From positions 19,144-83,143 of the forward strand of contig JAVZLS010000004.1 of assembly GCA_038883715.1 (NCBI GenBank): a DNA stretch of 64,000 bases. Reading direction: 5' to 3'. The notes beneath the pieces are model-generated. The model ran no database searches. It was not told the DNA's origin and saw only the letters and a list, made by a program, of their open reading frames with translations. This DNA is from Candidatus Bathyarchaeia archaeon (lineage in GTDB: Archaea; Thermoproteota; Bathyarchaeia; Bathyarchaeales; Bathycorpusculaceae). Positions 19,075-29,956 of this stretch are shown here, piece by piece. Made by a program: the position numbers and the translations under genes. Every line of letters starts with the position of its first letter. Position 1 is the stretch's first letter.

Positions 19075-19449
19075 TTATGTTCTTCCATGTTCTTTCAGCC
19101 AGTTTGCAACCTTCCGGAACATGGGGTTCGATGACATGTCCATAACAGGGACTATTATCTTTTCTCTGGTCTCAATCAGCGGCTGATATTTTGGCATGAG
19201 CGCATATCCAACGAAAGTCCAGTAAACCCTCCTGTTTTCTACAAGAGCCTTTGCAGCAGTTTCCGTTGATGCTGGAAGCGGGAAATAAAGGAACACGACG
19301 CCTTCAGCCCAGTACAAGCCCGCCGTTTTTCCTCCAGCTATTATTGAGGCAAACCGTGCGATGTCTTCTGGCGATGAGAAAAAGTTGCGCTCCATAATGA
19401 CAATTTCCCTAAAAGGTTCGAATTTGACGTCTACTTCGCCTTCAGCCAT
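19075..19449 (-). CDS. Conserved hypothetical protein
   Basis: Globular 124-aa ORF from ATG 19449 (LYWAEGVVF...PVMDMS.NP.F); co-oriented with ribK. Confidence 0.7.
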   Translation of the reverse strand: MAEGEVDVKFEPFREIVIMERNFFSSPEDIARFASIIAGGKTAGLYWAEGVVFLYFPLPASTETAAKALVENRRVYWTFVGYALMPKYQPLIETREKIIVPVMDMSSNPMFRKVANWLKEHGRT

Positions 19450-19568
19450 AACCTTTTCGCCTTTTGATAGTCTGTTTAAGTTCCCTTTTAATCTTGCCGT
19501 AAACCAGAAAAGGTTATAGAGCACAAAAGCTAAACCCTTCACCAAACCATCAAAAGAGGGACAAGAGC

Positions 19569-20648
19569 TTGGCTGAAATCCGAGTGGCAATAGTTGGCGT
19601 TGGAAACTCAGCATCAGCCCTAATTCAAGGGGTGGAATACTACAAAAACGCAAAAGAGGGCGAAACGGTTCCGGGACTAATGCATGTGAACTTTGGCGGA
19701 TACCACGTCAGAGACATAAAGTTCGTTGCAGCCTTCGACGTGGACAAAAACAAGATTGGAAAGGACTTGGCTGAAGCCATATTCACTAGGCCGAACTGCT
19801 GTGCTAAATTTGCAGACGTGCCACCACTAAGCGTGAAAGTCCAGCCGGGACCAGTCTTGGACGGGGTGGCTAAACACATGAAAGAGACCTTCAACGTTTA
19901 CAGCGAAAATGAGGTTAAACCTTCAGACGTCACAGGCGTCTTAAAAGATTCCAAAGCAGAAATCCTCATCAATTATTTGCCTGTTGGAAGCCACCACGCC
20001 ACACGCTTTTATGCCCAGGCTGCTTTAGATGCGGGATGCGCCTTCATAAACTGCATACCGGAATTTATTGCCTCGGACCCTGCATGGAGCCGTAAATTTG
20101 AGGAGCGTGGTCTTCCGGTGGCTGGTGACGACATTAAAAGCCAGCTTGGCGCGACCATACTGCACAGAAATCTCGTTAGGCTGTGCGTTGACAGAGGCGT
20201 AATTGTCGACGAAACATATCAGCTGAATCTTGGTGGAGACACAGATTTTCTAAATATGACGGTTGAAGAACGCCTAAAAACAAAACGCATAAGCAAAACA
20301 GATGCTGTAAAAAGCCTAGTGCCATACGACCTGCCAACCCGCATAGGACCATCAGACTACGTGCCCTTTCTGGGGAACAAGAAAATATGCTATATATGGC
20401 TGAAGGGGAGAAAATTCGGCGACAGACCCCTAACAATAGCCGTCAAACTTGAAGTGGAAGACTCACCCAACAGCGCCGGAGTGGTCATAGACGTGATAAG
20501 GGCTGTAAAATTGGCTTTAGACCGAAAAATAGCTGGACCCCTAATAAGCATATCATCATACGCCTTCAAACATCCGCCAGTGCAAGTGCCAGACCCCGTC
20601 GCAAAAGAATGGGTGGAAGAATATATTAAGGGCAAGCGGGAACGCTGA
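19569..20648 (+). CDS. ino1: myo-inositol-1-phosphate synthase
   Basis: GVGNSASALIQG, NYLPVGS, GDDIKSQLGAT, EDSPNSAG. Confidence 0.96.
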   Translation: MAEIRVAIVGVGNSASALIQGVEYYKNAKEGETVPGLMHVNFGGYHVRDIKFVAAFDVDKNKIGKDLAEAIFTRPNCCAKFADVPPLSVKVQPGPVLDGVAKHMKETFNVYSENEVKPSDVTGVLKDSKAEILINYLPVGSHHATRFYAQAALDAGCAFINCIPEFIASDPAWSRKFEERGLPVAGDDIKSQLGATILHRNLVRLCVDRGVIVDETYQLNLGGDTDFLNMTVEERLKTKRISKTDAVKSLVPYDLPTRIGPSDYVPFLGNKKICYIWLKGRKFGDRPLTIAVKLEVEDSPNSAGVVIDVIRAVKLALDRKIAGPLISISSYAFKHPPVQVPDPVAKEWVEEYIKGKRER

Positions 20649-20656
20649 AACGGCTT

Positions 20657-20911
20657 TTAGCCTAACTTCTCCAAAACAGAGAGAACACTGCAAACGGCTG
20701 AAATCCACCTTAAGTAGGCGTTTAAGGCTGCCCGCAAAGCCACAGTGTCCTTCGCTTCAACAGCCAAAACCAGAAAAGTGTTTTCAATTTTTAAGTTTGC
20801 TTTGGAGCGCGTTGTGGCTGGTTTTGCGGTTTCCGGCATAAGCGCCTCATAAACTATTCTTAAATCCTTTTTTAAAGGAAGTTTTAGGCGAATAATGGCT
20901 TTAGCCTTCAT
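20657..20911 (-). CDS. pcc1: KEOPS complex subunit Pcc1
   Basis: ALMPE...TRS...AKDTVALRAALNAYLRWI; position in the exosome superoperon. Confidence 0.9.
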   Translation of the reverse strand: MKAKAIIRLKLPLKKDLRIVYEALMPETAKPATTRSKANLKIENTFLVLAVEAKDTVALRAALNAYLRWISAVCSVLSVLEKLG

Positions 20912-21464
20912 GAACCCGCAAGTCCCAGACTAGATGAGATATTCTCATCCTCGGACCTATTTCCACATTTTCCGTAAGAAGTCTAAAAGTCGCTACTACT
21001 TCCCCTGCTGAATTAGTGGTGGTTTGCATTATGGCACTATAGCCCCGGTACTCATCCTCGCGGGACACTATGGGAATGCCAAAGAATTCTGAAAACGCCT
21101 TTTCGAGCCTATTAACCTCTGGGGATTGCTTTGGCGAAGATGCGATGGCAACAGATTTTATCCTTCTACCCCTTGGCATGGTTTGAAATTCTCTGCGGAG
21201 TTTCACGCCTCTCAAATATATTAGTGGCGGTACTGGTTGCAGCTTGCCATCAACATGGTAAAGCTCTATTTTTCCAGGACCGCCTTTCCAACGGTCAACA
21301 ATAACTACTTTTTCAGCGCCAAGCTCTAGAGCTTTTGCTGCCACACCTTCAAGGCTCAATTTTCCACGGTTTATCCTCAAAATATTTGGAAGCGTATGCG
21401 AAAGGTCTTTGCAAAAGGTTCTTATGCCCTTAGTTGGTCTCCGGGAGGTTGTTAAAAGTATCAA
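20901..21464 (-). CDS. Brix/Imp4-like ribosome biogenesis protein
   Basis: LLTTSRRPT..RTF..DL, INRGKLSL, GP.MRI. Confidence 0.9.
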   Translation of the reverse strand: MILLTTSRRPTKGIRTFCKDLSHTLPNILRINRGKLSLEGVAAKALELGAEKVVIVDRWKGGPGKIELYHVDGKLQPVPPLIYLRGVKLRREFQTMPRGRRIKSVAIASSPKQSPEVNRLEKAFSEFFGIPIVSREDEYRGYSAIMQTTTNSAGEVVATFRLLTENVEIGPRMRISHLVWDLRVHEG

Positions 21465-21473
21465 GATTTCAGC

Positions 21474-21776
21474 CTATTCTTCTTCTGCTGCTGTTGAAGC
21501 CTCAACCTCTTCTACAGGAGCCCCTTTGGCCACACGTCTAGCCACTATGCCAAGCTTTGTGGCTGGAGTGTAAGCGCCACCCGTGAAGGTGAAGCCGCAT
21601 TTTCTGCATTCCCACACGCCAACGCTCACTCGCTTAACTCTTGGAAGCCCACATCGAGGACATTTGTGGCTTTTCTTCATTTCAGTAACTATTTTTATGT
21701 AGCGCTTCCTGACGGTGGCTCCATAGCGGGGTCCTAAACCCCTCGTTGGACCAATTTTCTTTGTTCTTCTACCCAT
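21474..21776 (-). CDS. rpl37ae: 50S ribosomal protein L37Ae (eL43)
   Basis: GPRYGATVRKR, CPRC...CRKC, GGAY. Confidence 0.97.
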   Translation of the reverse strand: MGRRTKKIGPTRGLGPRYGATVRKRYIKIVTEMKKSHKCPRCGLPRVKRVSVGVWECRKCGFTFTGGAYTPATKLGIVARRVAKGAPVEEVEASTAAEEE

Positions 21777-21778
21777 CT

Positions 21779-22570
21779 TCACCACCCTAGCTTCTTCCTA
21801 ATTTCTGCGGCTTTCTCTCTGGCAATTTGGACAGCCTCAAACACATGTTTTGGCGTGAAGTATCCGCTTCCGCCCTTCTGAACGGCGCATATGTTGCCGT
21901 CATCATCAATTGTTATGGTCAGTCTGGCATCCATAATTTGTTCCTCTTCAAGCCAAGGGTCCACAACAAGTTTATCATTTATCTTCGCAAAAGTAACCGA
22001 TACCGGATGCCTTCTTACCGGAAGCGCCGTATACCCGGGCCTGATTTTTACTTCGCCTTCCTCGATTTCGTAGTTAAACATTTTTGTGTTGAGGAGTGCA
22101 GCCATGGCGGCTAACGATGATGCGTCAATTAGGTTTCCATCATGGTTAAGCACATAAATGTCCACAAATATTACAAAGACTTTCTTGCCCGGTGTTATGC
22201 AGAGCTTATCTAGCTCAATGGCTTTTGACTCCCTAATCCCACGGTCAACAACCCTTGCCAACTCTATCGAGTTTTCATCTGGCGGTCCGGGCTCAAAGGT
22301 TGGCGAAGCTAAGGGCACAAGTTCAGCATTTACGGTTAAGACTCCCTCGTTGGGCGTGTCTGGAAACGGCTCTCCAGTTTCAATTTTAACTCCAACCATA
22401 ACCTCTGTTTTTCCAAGAAGAACCCTTGCAGAGCCTTCAGCTCTTTCAATTATTCCCTGCTCCACTTTTATCTCCCTGTAATCAGTTAAGCCTCTGCCGT
22501 CAAGCCTCTTTCCCTTTGCAATCAGTTGTGCAATTTGCTTTTGCTTAACGCGGACAACTATCGTCGACAT
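21779..22570 (-). CDS. rrp42: Exosome subunit Rrp42
   Basis: RLDGR, FEPGPPDENSIELARVVDRGIRES. Confidence 0.97.
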   Translation of the reverse strand: MSTIVVRVKQKQIAQLIAKGKRLDGRGLTDYREIKVEQGIIERAEGSARVLLGKTEVMVGVKIETGEPFPDTPNEGVLTVNAELVPLASPTFEPGPPDENSIELARVVDRGIRESKAIELDKLCITPGKKVFVIFVDIYVLNHDGNLIDASSLAAMAALLNTKMFNYEIEEGEVKIRPGYTALPVRRHPVSVTFAKINDKLVVDPWLEEEQIMDARLTITIDDDGNICAVQKGGSGYFTPKHVFEAVQIAREKAAEIRKKLGW

Positions 22571-23304
22571 TACTCTTCAACCTCCTTAACGCTGACATAT
22601 TTGGCTTTTAAGGCTTCCTTCTGCAAGGCGTAAATTTTCTTGCAGCCTTCGATGGCGAGGTTAACAGCCTTTTCAAACTCCTCTGGTGTTAGAATTCCGT
22701 CCATTTGAAGAAGCGTTATAACGCCCAGATTCGGCATGTAAGCCACAGGAACATCTGCCAAGCCGACCTTATCCTCAACATCCATCAAATCCAACACTAT
22801 TGTGTCATCTACTTTTCCAGCTGAACAAGCAACCACTAGGTCCCGCATGGGTATGCCAGCATCCGCCAAAGCCAGCGACGCTGCTGTAATGCTTGTGCAC
22901 CTTGTGCTTCCATCAGCTTGCAAAACTTCAACAAAAACGTCCGTTGCTGTACGCGGGTAATACTCAACAAAAATGGCTGGTTCAATGGCTTCCCTAATAA
23001 CCTTTGACAATTCAATTTCCCTTCTAGATGGCGCCGGTGACTTTCGTTCCTGAACAGAGAATGGTGCCATGTGGTAGCGGCATCTTAAAACCATGCGGTC
23101 AGGCAAAGCCATATGCTTTGGATGCAGCTCTTTTGGACCGTAAACAGCGGCTAAAATTTTGTTTTTCCCCTGTTCAATGTAGGCTGAACCATCAGCGTTT
23201 GATAAAACGCCAACCTCAATCTTTATCGGCCTAAGTTCGTCAGGCTTTCTTCCATCAAGCCTTAAACCTTTTTTATCAATCAATTTTTCAGTTTTTTGAC
23301 TCAT
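22570..23304 (-). CDS. rrp41: Exosome subunit Rrp41
   Basis: [33 protein letters not shown]. Confidence 0.97.
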   Translation of the reverse strand: MSQKTEKLIDKKGLRLDGRKPDELRPIKIEVGVLSNADGSAYIEQGKNKILAAVYGPKELHPKHMALPDRMVLRCRYHMAPFSVQERKSPAPSRREIELSKVIREAIEPAIFVEYYPRTATDVFVEVLQADGSTRCTSITAASLALADAGIPMRDLVVACSAGKVDDTIVLDLMDVEDKVGLADVPVAYMPNLGVITLLQMDGILTPEEFEKAVNLAIEGCKKIYALQKEALKAKYVSVKEVEE

Positions 23305-23306
23305 TT

Positions 23307-24008
23307 CTAATTTCCTCCTTTTTTCTCTTTTTCCTTCCTAATCATCTGCAAAATCCGGTCTGTTAACCCGGTCGTGTGGGATTCCTCCTCAATCTTGTGG
23401 ATTGCCATCATCGCTAACTCCTCGTCTTCCAGGCTTTTGCCAGTGATTAATATGATTCCGTTATGCCCTAATATTATGTGGCAACCAGTCTCCTGCTTTA
23501 TCATGGATATCATTGAACCCTTTTTGCCAATCACACGGGGGATTTTTGTAGGCGTTATTTTCACTATTTGCCCACGAGTTATTTTCCCAAGTCCGGGCTC
23601 ATCCACACTTAATTGTGGGTTATGGGTTCGATCATAGGAGACTATTTTAGCAACAACAAGGTCTCCAACATCCAGCACCTCTGTTAAGTCATTCTTCTGC
23701 GGTTTAAATGGTCTGTTTAGCACGTCGGAAGCCCTTAGGATAGCTAAGTATGGCGCGTTTATGTCAACAGTCCATCCGCTAAAGCCAACTTCAACAACTG
23801 TGCCGATGACTGTGTCGCCCACCCTTGGAATGTAGAAGGCTCTTAAGGCGACAACACTAACCTTTTTATCTTCGTATTCCACGAGTCCGATTCTTGCGGC
23901 GTAAATCCTGTTGTCCTCTTTATACGTGTTCTCTCCAGCTATGTAGTCGCCCTCGGCGAGTAGGTCGCCGGGAGTTGCAATCTGCCTCCTTTCAAAAAAT
24001 GTTGGCAT
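23307..24008 (-). CDS. rrp4: Exosome subunit Rrp4
   Basis: S1 + KH domains ([10 protein letters not shown]); start set at ATG 24008. Confidence 0.95.
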   Translation of the reverse strand: MPTFFERRQIATPGDLLAEGDYIAGENTYKEDNRIYAARIGLVEYEDKKVSVVALRAFYIPRVGDTVIGTVVEVGFSGWTVDINAPYLAILRASDVLNRPFKPQKNDLTEVLDVGDLVVAKIVSYDRTHNPQLSVDEPGLGKITRGQIVKITPTKIPRVIGKKGSMISMIKQETGCHIILGHNGIILITGKSLEDEELAMMAIHKIEEESHTTGLTDRILQMIRKEKEKKGGN

Positions 24009-24037
24009 AAAACACACACTCACAATTTAACCATAAG

Positions 24038-24727
24038 TTAGGATATCACTTTCGCTTCGGCGTTCCCCTTCGTTACTTCCCCAATTTTCTCGAGGAAAGG
24101 TCCGTAAAGACCAGCGGGCATTTCGAGAATGCCGTGCCATGAGCCGTCAGCTCGCCATTCTTCACGTTTTATCGTCCCGAAGGCTTTTAGAGTTCCATAG
24201 GCTCTTGCCGCATATTCGGCTGGTATGTGCACACTGACAGAGACTTGTTCCATTTTTAGTGGTAGAATTTGCCTTAGCAGCTTTATTACTTCTCTTGCTT
24301 GCTCCTCTGTTGGCTTAAAGGGATCTATTGAATAGTGAATTTGCTCCATAGCTTGCTCAATGCGAAGTGGCGGATGGGGAAGATTTGTTCTAGGGTCTAC
24401 ACACTGCTTTGATATGAAGGCTATTATTTGTCTCCGTTTTTCCTCAATCATTTTTCTGCGCTGTTCCGTTGTAAGCTGCAATGTGCCCTTTTTTATGATT
24501 ATGTCCGCCACTTTGAGGGGATCTGTTGTTCCAAAGGCTTTACGTATGGCTTCCTCTGAAACTTTTGTGCCTTTACTCGCGTCTGAAAAAATTGTTTCAG
24601 TCACTAGGACTTCTGTTATTGAGGATATTTTGCCAAGACGGTAGTCGAGCGCCTTGTCTGGCTTTACGAGAACCTCGAAATGCTCATTATCCTTTGTAAT
24701 ACGCGCAACAGTATATTTTTCACTCAT
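24038..24727 (-). CDS. Ribosome maturation factor SBDS/Sdo1
   Basis: HFEVLV, QLTTEQRR, PHPPLRIEQAM; start set at ATG 24727. Confidence 0.95.
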   Translation of the reverse strand: MSEKYTVARITKDNEHFEVLVKPDKALDYRLGKISSITEVLVTETIFSDASKGTKVSEEAIRKAFGTTDPLKVADIIIKKGTLQLTTEQRRKMIEEKRRQIIAFISKQCVDPRTNLPHPPLRIEQAMEQIHYSIDPFKPTEEQAREVIKLLRQILPLKMEQVSVSVHIPAEYAARAYGTLKAFGTIKREEWRADGSWHGILEMPAGLYGPFLEKIGEVTKGNAEAKVIS

Positions 24728-24734
24728 CCCCTCT

Positions 24735-25463
24735 TCACTTGCCCGAAACAAACTTCTTTACATAAGCCTCAACTTTCTCGTCACTGAGCATCTCCATCTT
24801 CTTTGTCGCCGACGGAATAACAGCAATCTTTATCCTTGGCGGAAGTTGCCTAGCCTCGAGAGCCTTAACCAAACATTTAACCGCGAGTTTTATGGCATCT
24901 TCGAGGCTCATGTCTTCGCGGTATTCTTCCTTCAAAATATTCATTACGGTATCTCTTCCAGCGCCAACAGCCGTAGCCTTATGTCCCTTATATGTTCCGC
25001 TGGGATGCGTTATGAAAAGGTGATTTCCAGTTTTGTCTACTCCCCCGAATATCAGTGAAACACCGAAGGGTCTGACGCCGGCATGCTGCGTGTAAAGCTG
25101 TTGTATGTCGCATATGCGTTTGGTTACAACCTCAACATCTATTGGTTCATCATAAGTTAACCGATTACTTTGCGCATAAATTCGCGCCTGGTCTATCAAA
25201 ACCCTCGCATCAGAGCTTAAACCAACTATTGCTGCGCCGATATGCTCGTCAATCTTGAAAATCTTCCACGAGGAACCTGTTTCCTCAAGGGGCTCAACAG
25301 TTTCCTCAGCCCCCAAAACAACCCCTTCAGAACACTTTATCCCCAAAATTGTTGCCCCACGGTTAACAAGTTCCATAGCATATTCAACTTGGAAAAGCCT
25401 ACCATCTGGCGAAAAGACGGTTATGGCACGGTCATATGCTCCCGGAGCTGCAAACACTGACAT
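24735..25463 (-). CDS. psmA: Proteasome alpha subunit
   Basis: YDRAITVFSPDGRLFQVEYA, GVRPFGVSL; start set at ATG 25463. Confidence 0.97.
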   Translation of the reverse strand: MSVFAAPGAYDRAITVFSPDGRLFQVEYAMELVNRGATILGIKCSEGVVLGAEETVEPLEETGSSWKIFKIDEHIGAAIVGLSSDARVLIDQARIYAQSNRLTYDEPIDVEVVTKRICDIQQLYTQHAGVRPFGVSLIFGGVDKTGNHLFITHPSGTYKGHKATAVGAGRDTVMNILKEEYREDMSLEDAIKLAVKCLVKALEARQLPPRIKIAVIPSATKKMEMLSDEKVEAYVKKFVSGK

Positions 25464-25697
25464 CAATATCAACCTCACATTTACGCTAATCAAACACTTG
25501 CAGAACACTCATATAACAACTTAACTAAAAACCTTTTCTTTATCCCGCATGCTTTCAGATAGCCGCTAAGCCTTAAAATTTAACCTTAACATACAGCGAA
25601 AAGAATCTACAGTTTAATCGCCAAGTTTATATTGCCCACTAATATTCTATTCAACGGCACTATATCAGTTTACACTCCTAATGGAGCGTCTCGTTAA

Positions 25698-26513
25698 GTG
25701 GAAGTAGAGGTACTTGAAAGAGACGACAAAAACTTGCGCTTGCTAATAAGGGCAGTTGACACTCCGTTTATTAACGCCTTAAGAAGGAATGTTATTGCTG
25801 AAGTTCCTTGTATGGCCATAGACGATGTCGTTATTATCGAGAATTCTTCTGTTTTCCATGATGAAATAATAGCGCATAGGCTTGGATTAATCCCTTTAAA
25901 AACCGACCTCGACAGTTACAACCTTCCGGAAGAGTGTTCGTGCAAAAGCGAGTTTGGATGCAACTTATGTAGAGTTACACTCACATTAGATAGGGAGGCA
26001 AAAGAAGGAACAATAACGGTTTATTCCGGCGAGCTTATCTCGGAAAACCCAAACATCGTTCCTGTCAGCGACAAAATCCCCATAGTTAAGCTTGCAAAAG
26101 GGCAAAAGTTGAGGCTTGAGGCTTACGCGAGACTTGGGAAAGGAAAGAACCACGCCAAGTGGCAGCCGGTTTCACTGTGCTCATACAAGTATCTGCCACA
26201 AATAAAAGTAAACAGCGAAAGCTGTGATGCTTGCGGGAAATGTATAGAGATATGCCCAAGAAAAGTTTTGGCAAAACGTGAAGGAAAAGTGGAGGTTCGC
26301 AACTCGCTGGCTTGTACTTTGTGCCGAGACTGCGTGGACGTTTGCCCAAAACAACCGCCAGCAATAGAAGTTAACTGGGAGAAAAACGCTTTCATATTCA
26401 ACATCGAGTCAACAGGTGTCCTACCACCAGAAAGAATCATAACGGAAGCTGTAAAAATTTTGGACAAAGACCTTAAAGAGCTTGCAAAACAAATTGAGGT
26501 GCAAAAGGCTTGA
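25698..26513 (+). CDS. rpoD: RNA polymerase subunit D (Rpo3) with ferredoxin-like domain
   Basis: NALRR, DEIIAHRLGLIPL, HAKWQP; CDACGKC...CP and CTLCRDC...CP. Confidence 0.97.
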   Translation: MEVEVLERDDKNLRLLIRAVDTPFINALRRNVIAEVPCMAIDDVVIIENSSVFHDEIIAHRLGLIPLKTDLDSYNLPEECSCKSEFGCNLCRVTLTLDREAKEGTITVYSGELISENPNIVPVSDKIPIVKLAKGQKLRLEAYARLGKGKNHAKWQPVSLCSYKYLPQIKVNSESCDACGKCIEICPRKVLAKREGKVEVRNSLACTLCRDCVDVCPKQPPAIEVNWEKNAFIFNIESTGVLPPERIITEAVKILDKDLKELAKQIEVQKA

Positions 26514-26872
26514 AGAAGGTTAAGGCTACAAACCCGGAGCTTATCGAGACTATTCGTTTCTTGAAAAAGCAGAGCAAAGAAAACAAGGCGAAAATTTGGA
26601 GAAGCACAGCTGAACTTTTATCAAATTCCAGAAGAAAGCGCATAGCCGTAAACATCAGCCGACTGAACAGATACACGGAGAAAAACGAAACAGTGGTTGT
26701 CCCCGGCAAAGTGCTAGGCGCAGGCGAAATAGACCATCCAATAACCGTTGCAGCCTTCGCCTTTTCACAGAAAGCCAAGGAAAAAATAAAGAGGGCGCGG
26801 GGGAAATGCCTATCCATAATCGAGCTTGTCAAGAAAAACCCGAAAGGTTCAAAGGTTAAGATAATAGGGTGA
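26510..26872 (+). CDS. rpl18e: 50S ribosomal protein L18e
   Basis: TNPEL, VNISRLNR, VVVPGKVLG. Confidence 0.97.
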   Translation: MKKVKATNPELIETIRFLKKQSKENKAKIWRSTAELLSNSRRKRIAVNISRLNRYTEKNETVVVPGKVLGAGEIDHPITVAAFAFSQKAKEKIKRARGKCLSIIELVKKNPKGSKVKIIG

Positions 26873-26876
26873 TCAA

Positions 26877-27314
26877 ATGCGGCTAGAAAGTGATTATAAA
26901 GTCATTAATGCTGATGGCCTTATTCTTGGAAGAATGGCAAGCATAATTGCCAAACGCTTACTAAAAGGCGAAAAAATAGCTGTTGTAAATGCGGAAAAAG
27001 CCATAATATCCGGCAAAAAGAAAAGCAAAGTAAGAGAAGCAAAAGAGTTTCTCGAGGTTGGACACCCAGGAAAAGGTCCAATGCATCCTAGGAGGCCCGA
27101 CAGAATCCTCAGAAGAACTATTAGAGGGATGCTTCCATATAAACAACCGAAGGGCAAGCAAGCCTACAAAAGGCTTAGGGTTTTCATAGGTGTTCCAGAC
27201 GAACTTAAAAATCGGGAAATGGAAACCATAGAGGAAGCGCAAGCCAAAAAGTTAACTTGTCCCTACTTCACACTTGGTGAACTTGCAAAGGAAGTAGGCT
27301 GGGGTGGTGAATAA
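26877..27314 (+). CDS. rpl13: 50S ribosomal protein L13
   Basis: [24 protein letters not shown]. Confidence 0.97.
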   Translation: MRLESDYKVINADGLILGRMASIIAKRLLKGEKIAVVNAEKAIISGKKKSKVREAKEFLEVGHPGKGPMHPRRPDRILRRTIRGMLPYKQPKGKQAYKRLRVFIGVPDELKNREMETIEEAQAKKLTCPYFTLGELAKEVGWGGE

Positions 27315-27726
27315 AATGCCAGCGAAAAAAGTTCTTGTGGTCAGCGGGAAACGAAAGACAGCTATAGCACGTGCCGTTGTCAAGCCTGGCATAGGAAGGA
27401 TAAGAATCAACATGACTCCGCTTGAGATTTACCAGCCGGAAGTTGCCCGCCAAAAAATAATGGAGCCACTAATGCAAGCTGGCGACGAGGTTTGGAAACA
27501 ACTGGACATAGACATTAAAGTTTCGGGCGGAGGCTACATGGGGCAAGCTGAAGCAGCTAGGATGGCAATTGCAAACGCCCTACTAAAATGGACTAAGAGC
27601 ACACAATTGCGCACAGCATTCATAGAATATGATAGAACAATGATTGTAGGCGACCCGAGAAGGAAAGAGCCTAAGAAGTTTGGTGGTCCCGGTGCAAGGG
27701 CAAGGGATCAGAAGAGCTATAGATGA
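27304..27726 (+). CDS. rps9: 30S ribosomal protein S9
   Basis: [21 protein letters not shown]-terminal QKSYR. Confidence 0.97.
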   Translation: MVNKMPAKKVLVVSGKRKTAIARAVVKPGIGRIRINMTPLEIYQPEVARQKIMEPLMQAGDEVWKQLDIDIKVSGGGYMGQAEAARMAIANALLKWTKSTQLRTAFIEYDRTMIVGDPRRKEPKKFGGPGARARDQKSYR

Positions 27727-27981
27727 TTGGAGGTTAAAGCATTGATTATACCCATAAGATGTTTTACATGCGGCAAGTTAATTGGTGACAAGTGGGAGGA
27801 GTTCGCGAGAAGGGTTAAGATGGGTGAAGATGCTGGCGACGTTTTGGACAGTTTGGGGATAAAGCGGTACTGTTGCAGGCGTATGCTTCTCTCTCACGTT
27901 GAAATTATTGATGAGGTTTTACGCTTCTATGAAGAAGCTGAAAAGAGAAGGGAAGCCAGAATGCAGTACTATCAACAATAA
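27727..27981 (+). CDS. rpoN: RNA polymerase subunit N (Rpo10)
   Basis: [16 protein letters not shown]. Confidence 0.97.
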   Translation: MEVKALIIPIRCFTCGKLIGDKWEEFARRVKMGEDAGDVLDSLGIKRYCCRRMLLSHVEIIDEVLRFYEEAEKRREARMQYYQQ

Positions 27982-27995
27982 GGAGCCCCGGAGGC

Positions 27996-29249
27996 ATGTC
28001 TACAGTCATTGAGGATGTAATTGCAAGGAAGGTTTTCAACAGCCGCGGGGAAGAAACAATAGAGGTTGACGTTATTACCACCTCTGGTTTTGGTAGAGCC
28101 TCAGCGCCGGCTGGGGAAAGCCGAGGAAAAGCCGAGGTTGTTTATTATCCACAGGGCGGGGTAGATGAAGCAATCAAAAAAGTTGAAGAACTCATATCCC
28201 CGGAACTTATTGGATTGAACGCAGACTTCCAAGAGGAGATTGATAAAACCCTTCATGAGATAGATAACACAAAAGACTTTAGAATCATTGGTGGGAATAC
28301 AGCCTTCGCAGTCTCCTTAGCGAACGCAGAAGCCGCCGCAAACTCTTATGGTTTACCCCTCTTCCAATATTTGGGCGGATATGCGGCTCACGAGCTTCCT
28401 TATCCTCTTGGAAACATCATTAGTGGCGGAAAGCATACGAGTGGAAAATCTCCGGATATGCAAGAGTTTTTGGCTCTTCCTTACGGTGCTGACTCTTTTC
28501 TGGAAGCGGCAACAGCGAACATAAAAATCCATAGCAAAGTTAAGGAAGCTTTAAGGAAAGAGGATAAGCTTTTCAGCGGTGGAAGAAGCGACGAGGGGGC
28601 GTGGATTGCAAACATCACCGACATGGAAGCCCTTGAAATTATGGCTTCGGCATGCGAAGAGGTAAGCAACGAAATGGGCTTCAAATGTGGTTTCGGCGTT
28701 GATGTTGCGGCTTCATCCCTCTGGAATGCTAAAAAGAAGAAATACGTATATGAGAGAAATGGAAAGGAGCTGGACCCCGGAGAACAGTTGGGATTTATTC
28801 GGCAGCTTATTGAAAAGTATCATTTGGTTTATGTGGAAGACCCGTTCCACGAGGAAGATTATGGCAGTTTTGCGGAACTCACAAAGAAGGTTAAGAACTG
28901 CCTCATCTGCGGCGACGACTTGTTCGTCACAAACAATGAAAGATTATCCCATGGGATTAAAATGCGGGCAGCCAACGCTATAATAATTAAAGTGAACCAA
29001 GTGGGCACACTTACAGATGCTTTGGACACTATTGAAACTGCGAAAAGGGCTGGATACGTGTCAGTGGCGTCTCACCGTTCTGGCGATACATGTGATTGGC
29101 ATATTGCTCACTTGGCCGTGGCGTTTAAGTGCCCAATAATTAAGGCTGGTGTAGTGGAAGGTGCCAGAATCGCCAAAATAAACGAGTTGTTAAGGATTGA
29201 GGAGTTTCTCGGAGATAGGGCTAAAATGGCTGAACTCCACATTCCATAA
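27996..29249 (+). CDS. eno: Enolase
   Basis: QEF, DEG, DVAA, EDP, GDD, KVNQVG, SHRSG catalytic motifs retained. Confidence 0.93.
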   Translation: MSTVIEDVIARKVFNSRGEETIEVDVITTSGFGRASAPAGESRGKAEVVYYPQGGVDEAIKKVEELISPELIGLNADFQEEIDKTLHEIDNTKDFRIIGGNTAFAVSLANAEAAANSYGLPLFQYLGGYAAHELPYPLGNIISGGKHTSGKSPDMQEFLALPYGADSFLEAATANIKIHSKVKEALRKEDKLFSGGRSDEGAWIANITDMEALEIMASACEEVSNEMGFKCGFGVDVAASSLWNAKKKKYVYERNGKELDPGEQLGFIRQLIEKYHLVYVEDPFHEEDYGSFAELTKKVKNCLICGDDLFVTNNERLSHGIKMRAANAIIIKVNQVGTLTDALDTIETAKRAGYVSVASHRSGDTCDWHIAHLAVAFKCPIIKAGVVEGARIAKINELLRIEEFLGDRAKMAELHIP

Positions 29250-29951
29250 ATGGAGAGTGAAATAAGTTTGGCTGAAAAAGATAAGGAAGAAGCTAAAAAG
29301 GAAAAGTTTGAAGAGGAAACAAGTGTAAGTGCAGAAGAAGAACTCCTGTTGCCTCGGGACACACTTCTCTCGGCTGGAATACACATTGGAACTAGAATGA
29401 AGACGAAGGACATGGAACAGTTCATATACCGCGTCAGACCAGACGGTCTATTTGTTTTAGACGTTAAAAAGACTGATGAACGCATAAGAGTGGCAGCTAA
29501 ATTCTTGGCAAGATTTGAGCCTTCAAGGATAGCTGCCGCCGCAGCTAGGCTATATGCACAAGAACCCGTGAAAAAGTTCTGTGAAGCGGTTGGCGCAACC
29601 CCAATTGTTGGACGCTTCATTCCCGGGCTGCTTTCAAACCCGCTCTATCCCAACCGTATTGAACCAAATGTGCTAATAGTTTCAGATCCTCGGGCGGATT
29701 CCCAAGCAGTGCGGGAGGCAGCCTCCATAGGTGTTCCGGTGGTGGCCCTGTGCAGCACCGACAACGACTTTTCCGGTGTTGACCTAGTAATACCAACAAA
29801 TAACAAGGGTAGGAGAGCCCTAGCGGTTATTTACTGGCTTCTCGCGAGGCAGGTTTTGCGCGAAAGAGGAGAGCTCCCACCAGACAAGGATATGCCACTA
29901 ACCATTGAGGATTTTGAGGCTAAAATCTCAAAGGAGGAAGAGGAGAGCTAA
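29250..29951 (+). CDS. rps2: 30S ribosomal protein S2
   Basis: [23 protein letters not shown]. Confidence 0.97.
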   Translation: MESEISLAEKDKEEAKKEKFEEETSVSAEEELLLPRDTLLSAGIHIGTRMKTKDMEQFIYRVRPDGLFVLDVKKTDERIRVAAKFLARFEPSRIAAAAARLYAQEPVKKFCEAVGATPIVGRFIPGLLSNPLYPNRIEPNVLIVSDPRADSQAVREAASIGVPVVALCSTDNDFSGVDLVIPTNNKGRRALAVIYWLLARQVLRERGELPPDKDMPLTIEDFEAKISKEEEES

Positions 29952-29956
29952 TAAGG

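Noticed and set aside
19450-19653. N-terminal extension of ORF 19075..19653, and similar extensions on aIF1, psmA, rps11, E1 beta and LysE
   Set aside because: They overlap neighbouring genes or promoters; downstream ATGs fit the family N-termini better
25698-26513. Fe-S ferredoxin insert in RpoD
   Set aside because: Already well described for archaeal Rpo3
27996-29249. Enolase as an inactive paralogue (GESRG instead of GASTG)
   Set aside because: All catalytic and metal-binding motifs are present, and the operon position is the usual one
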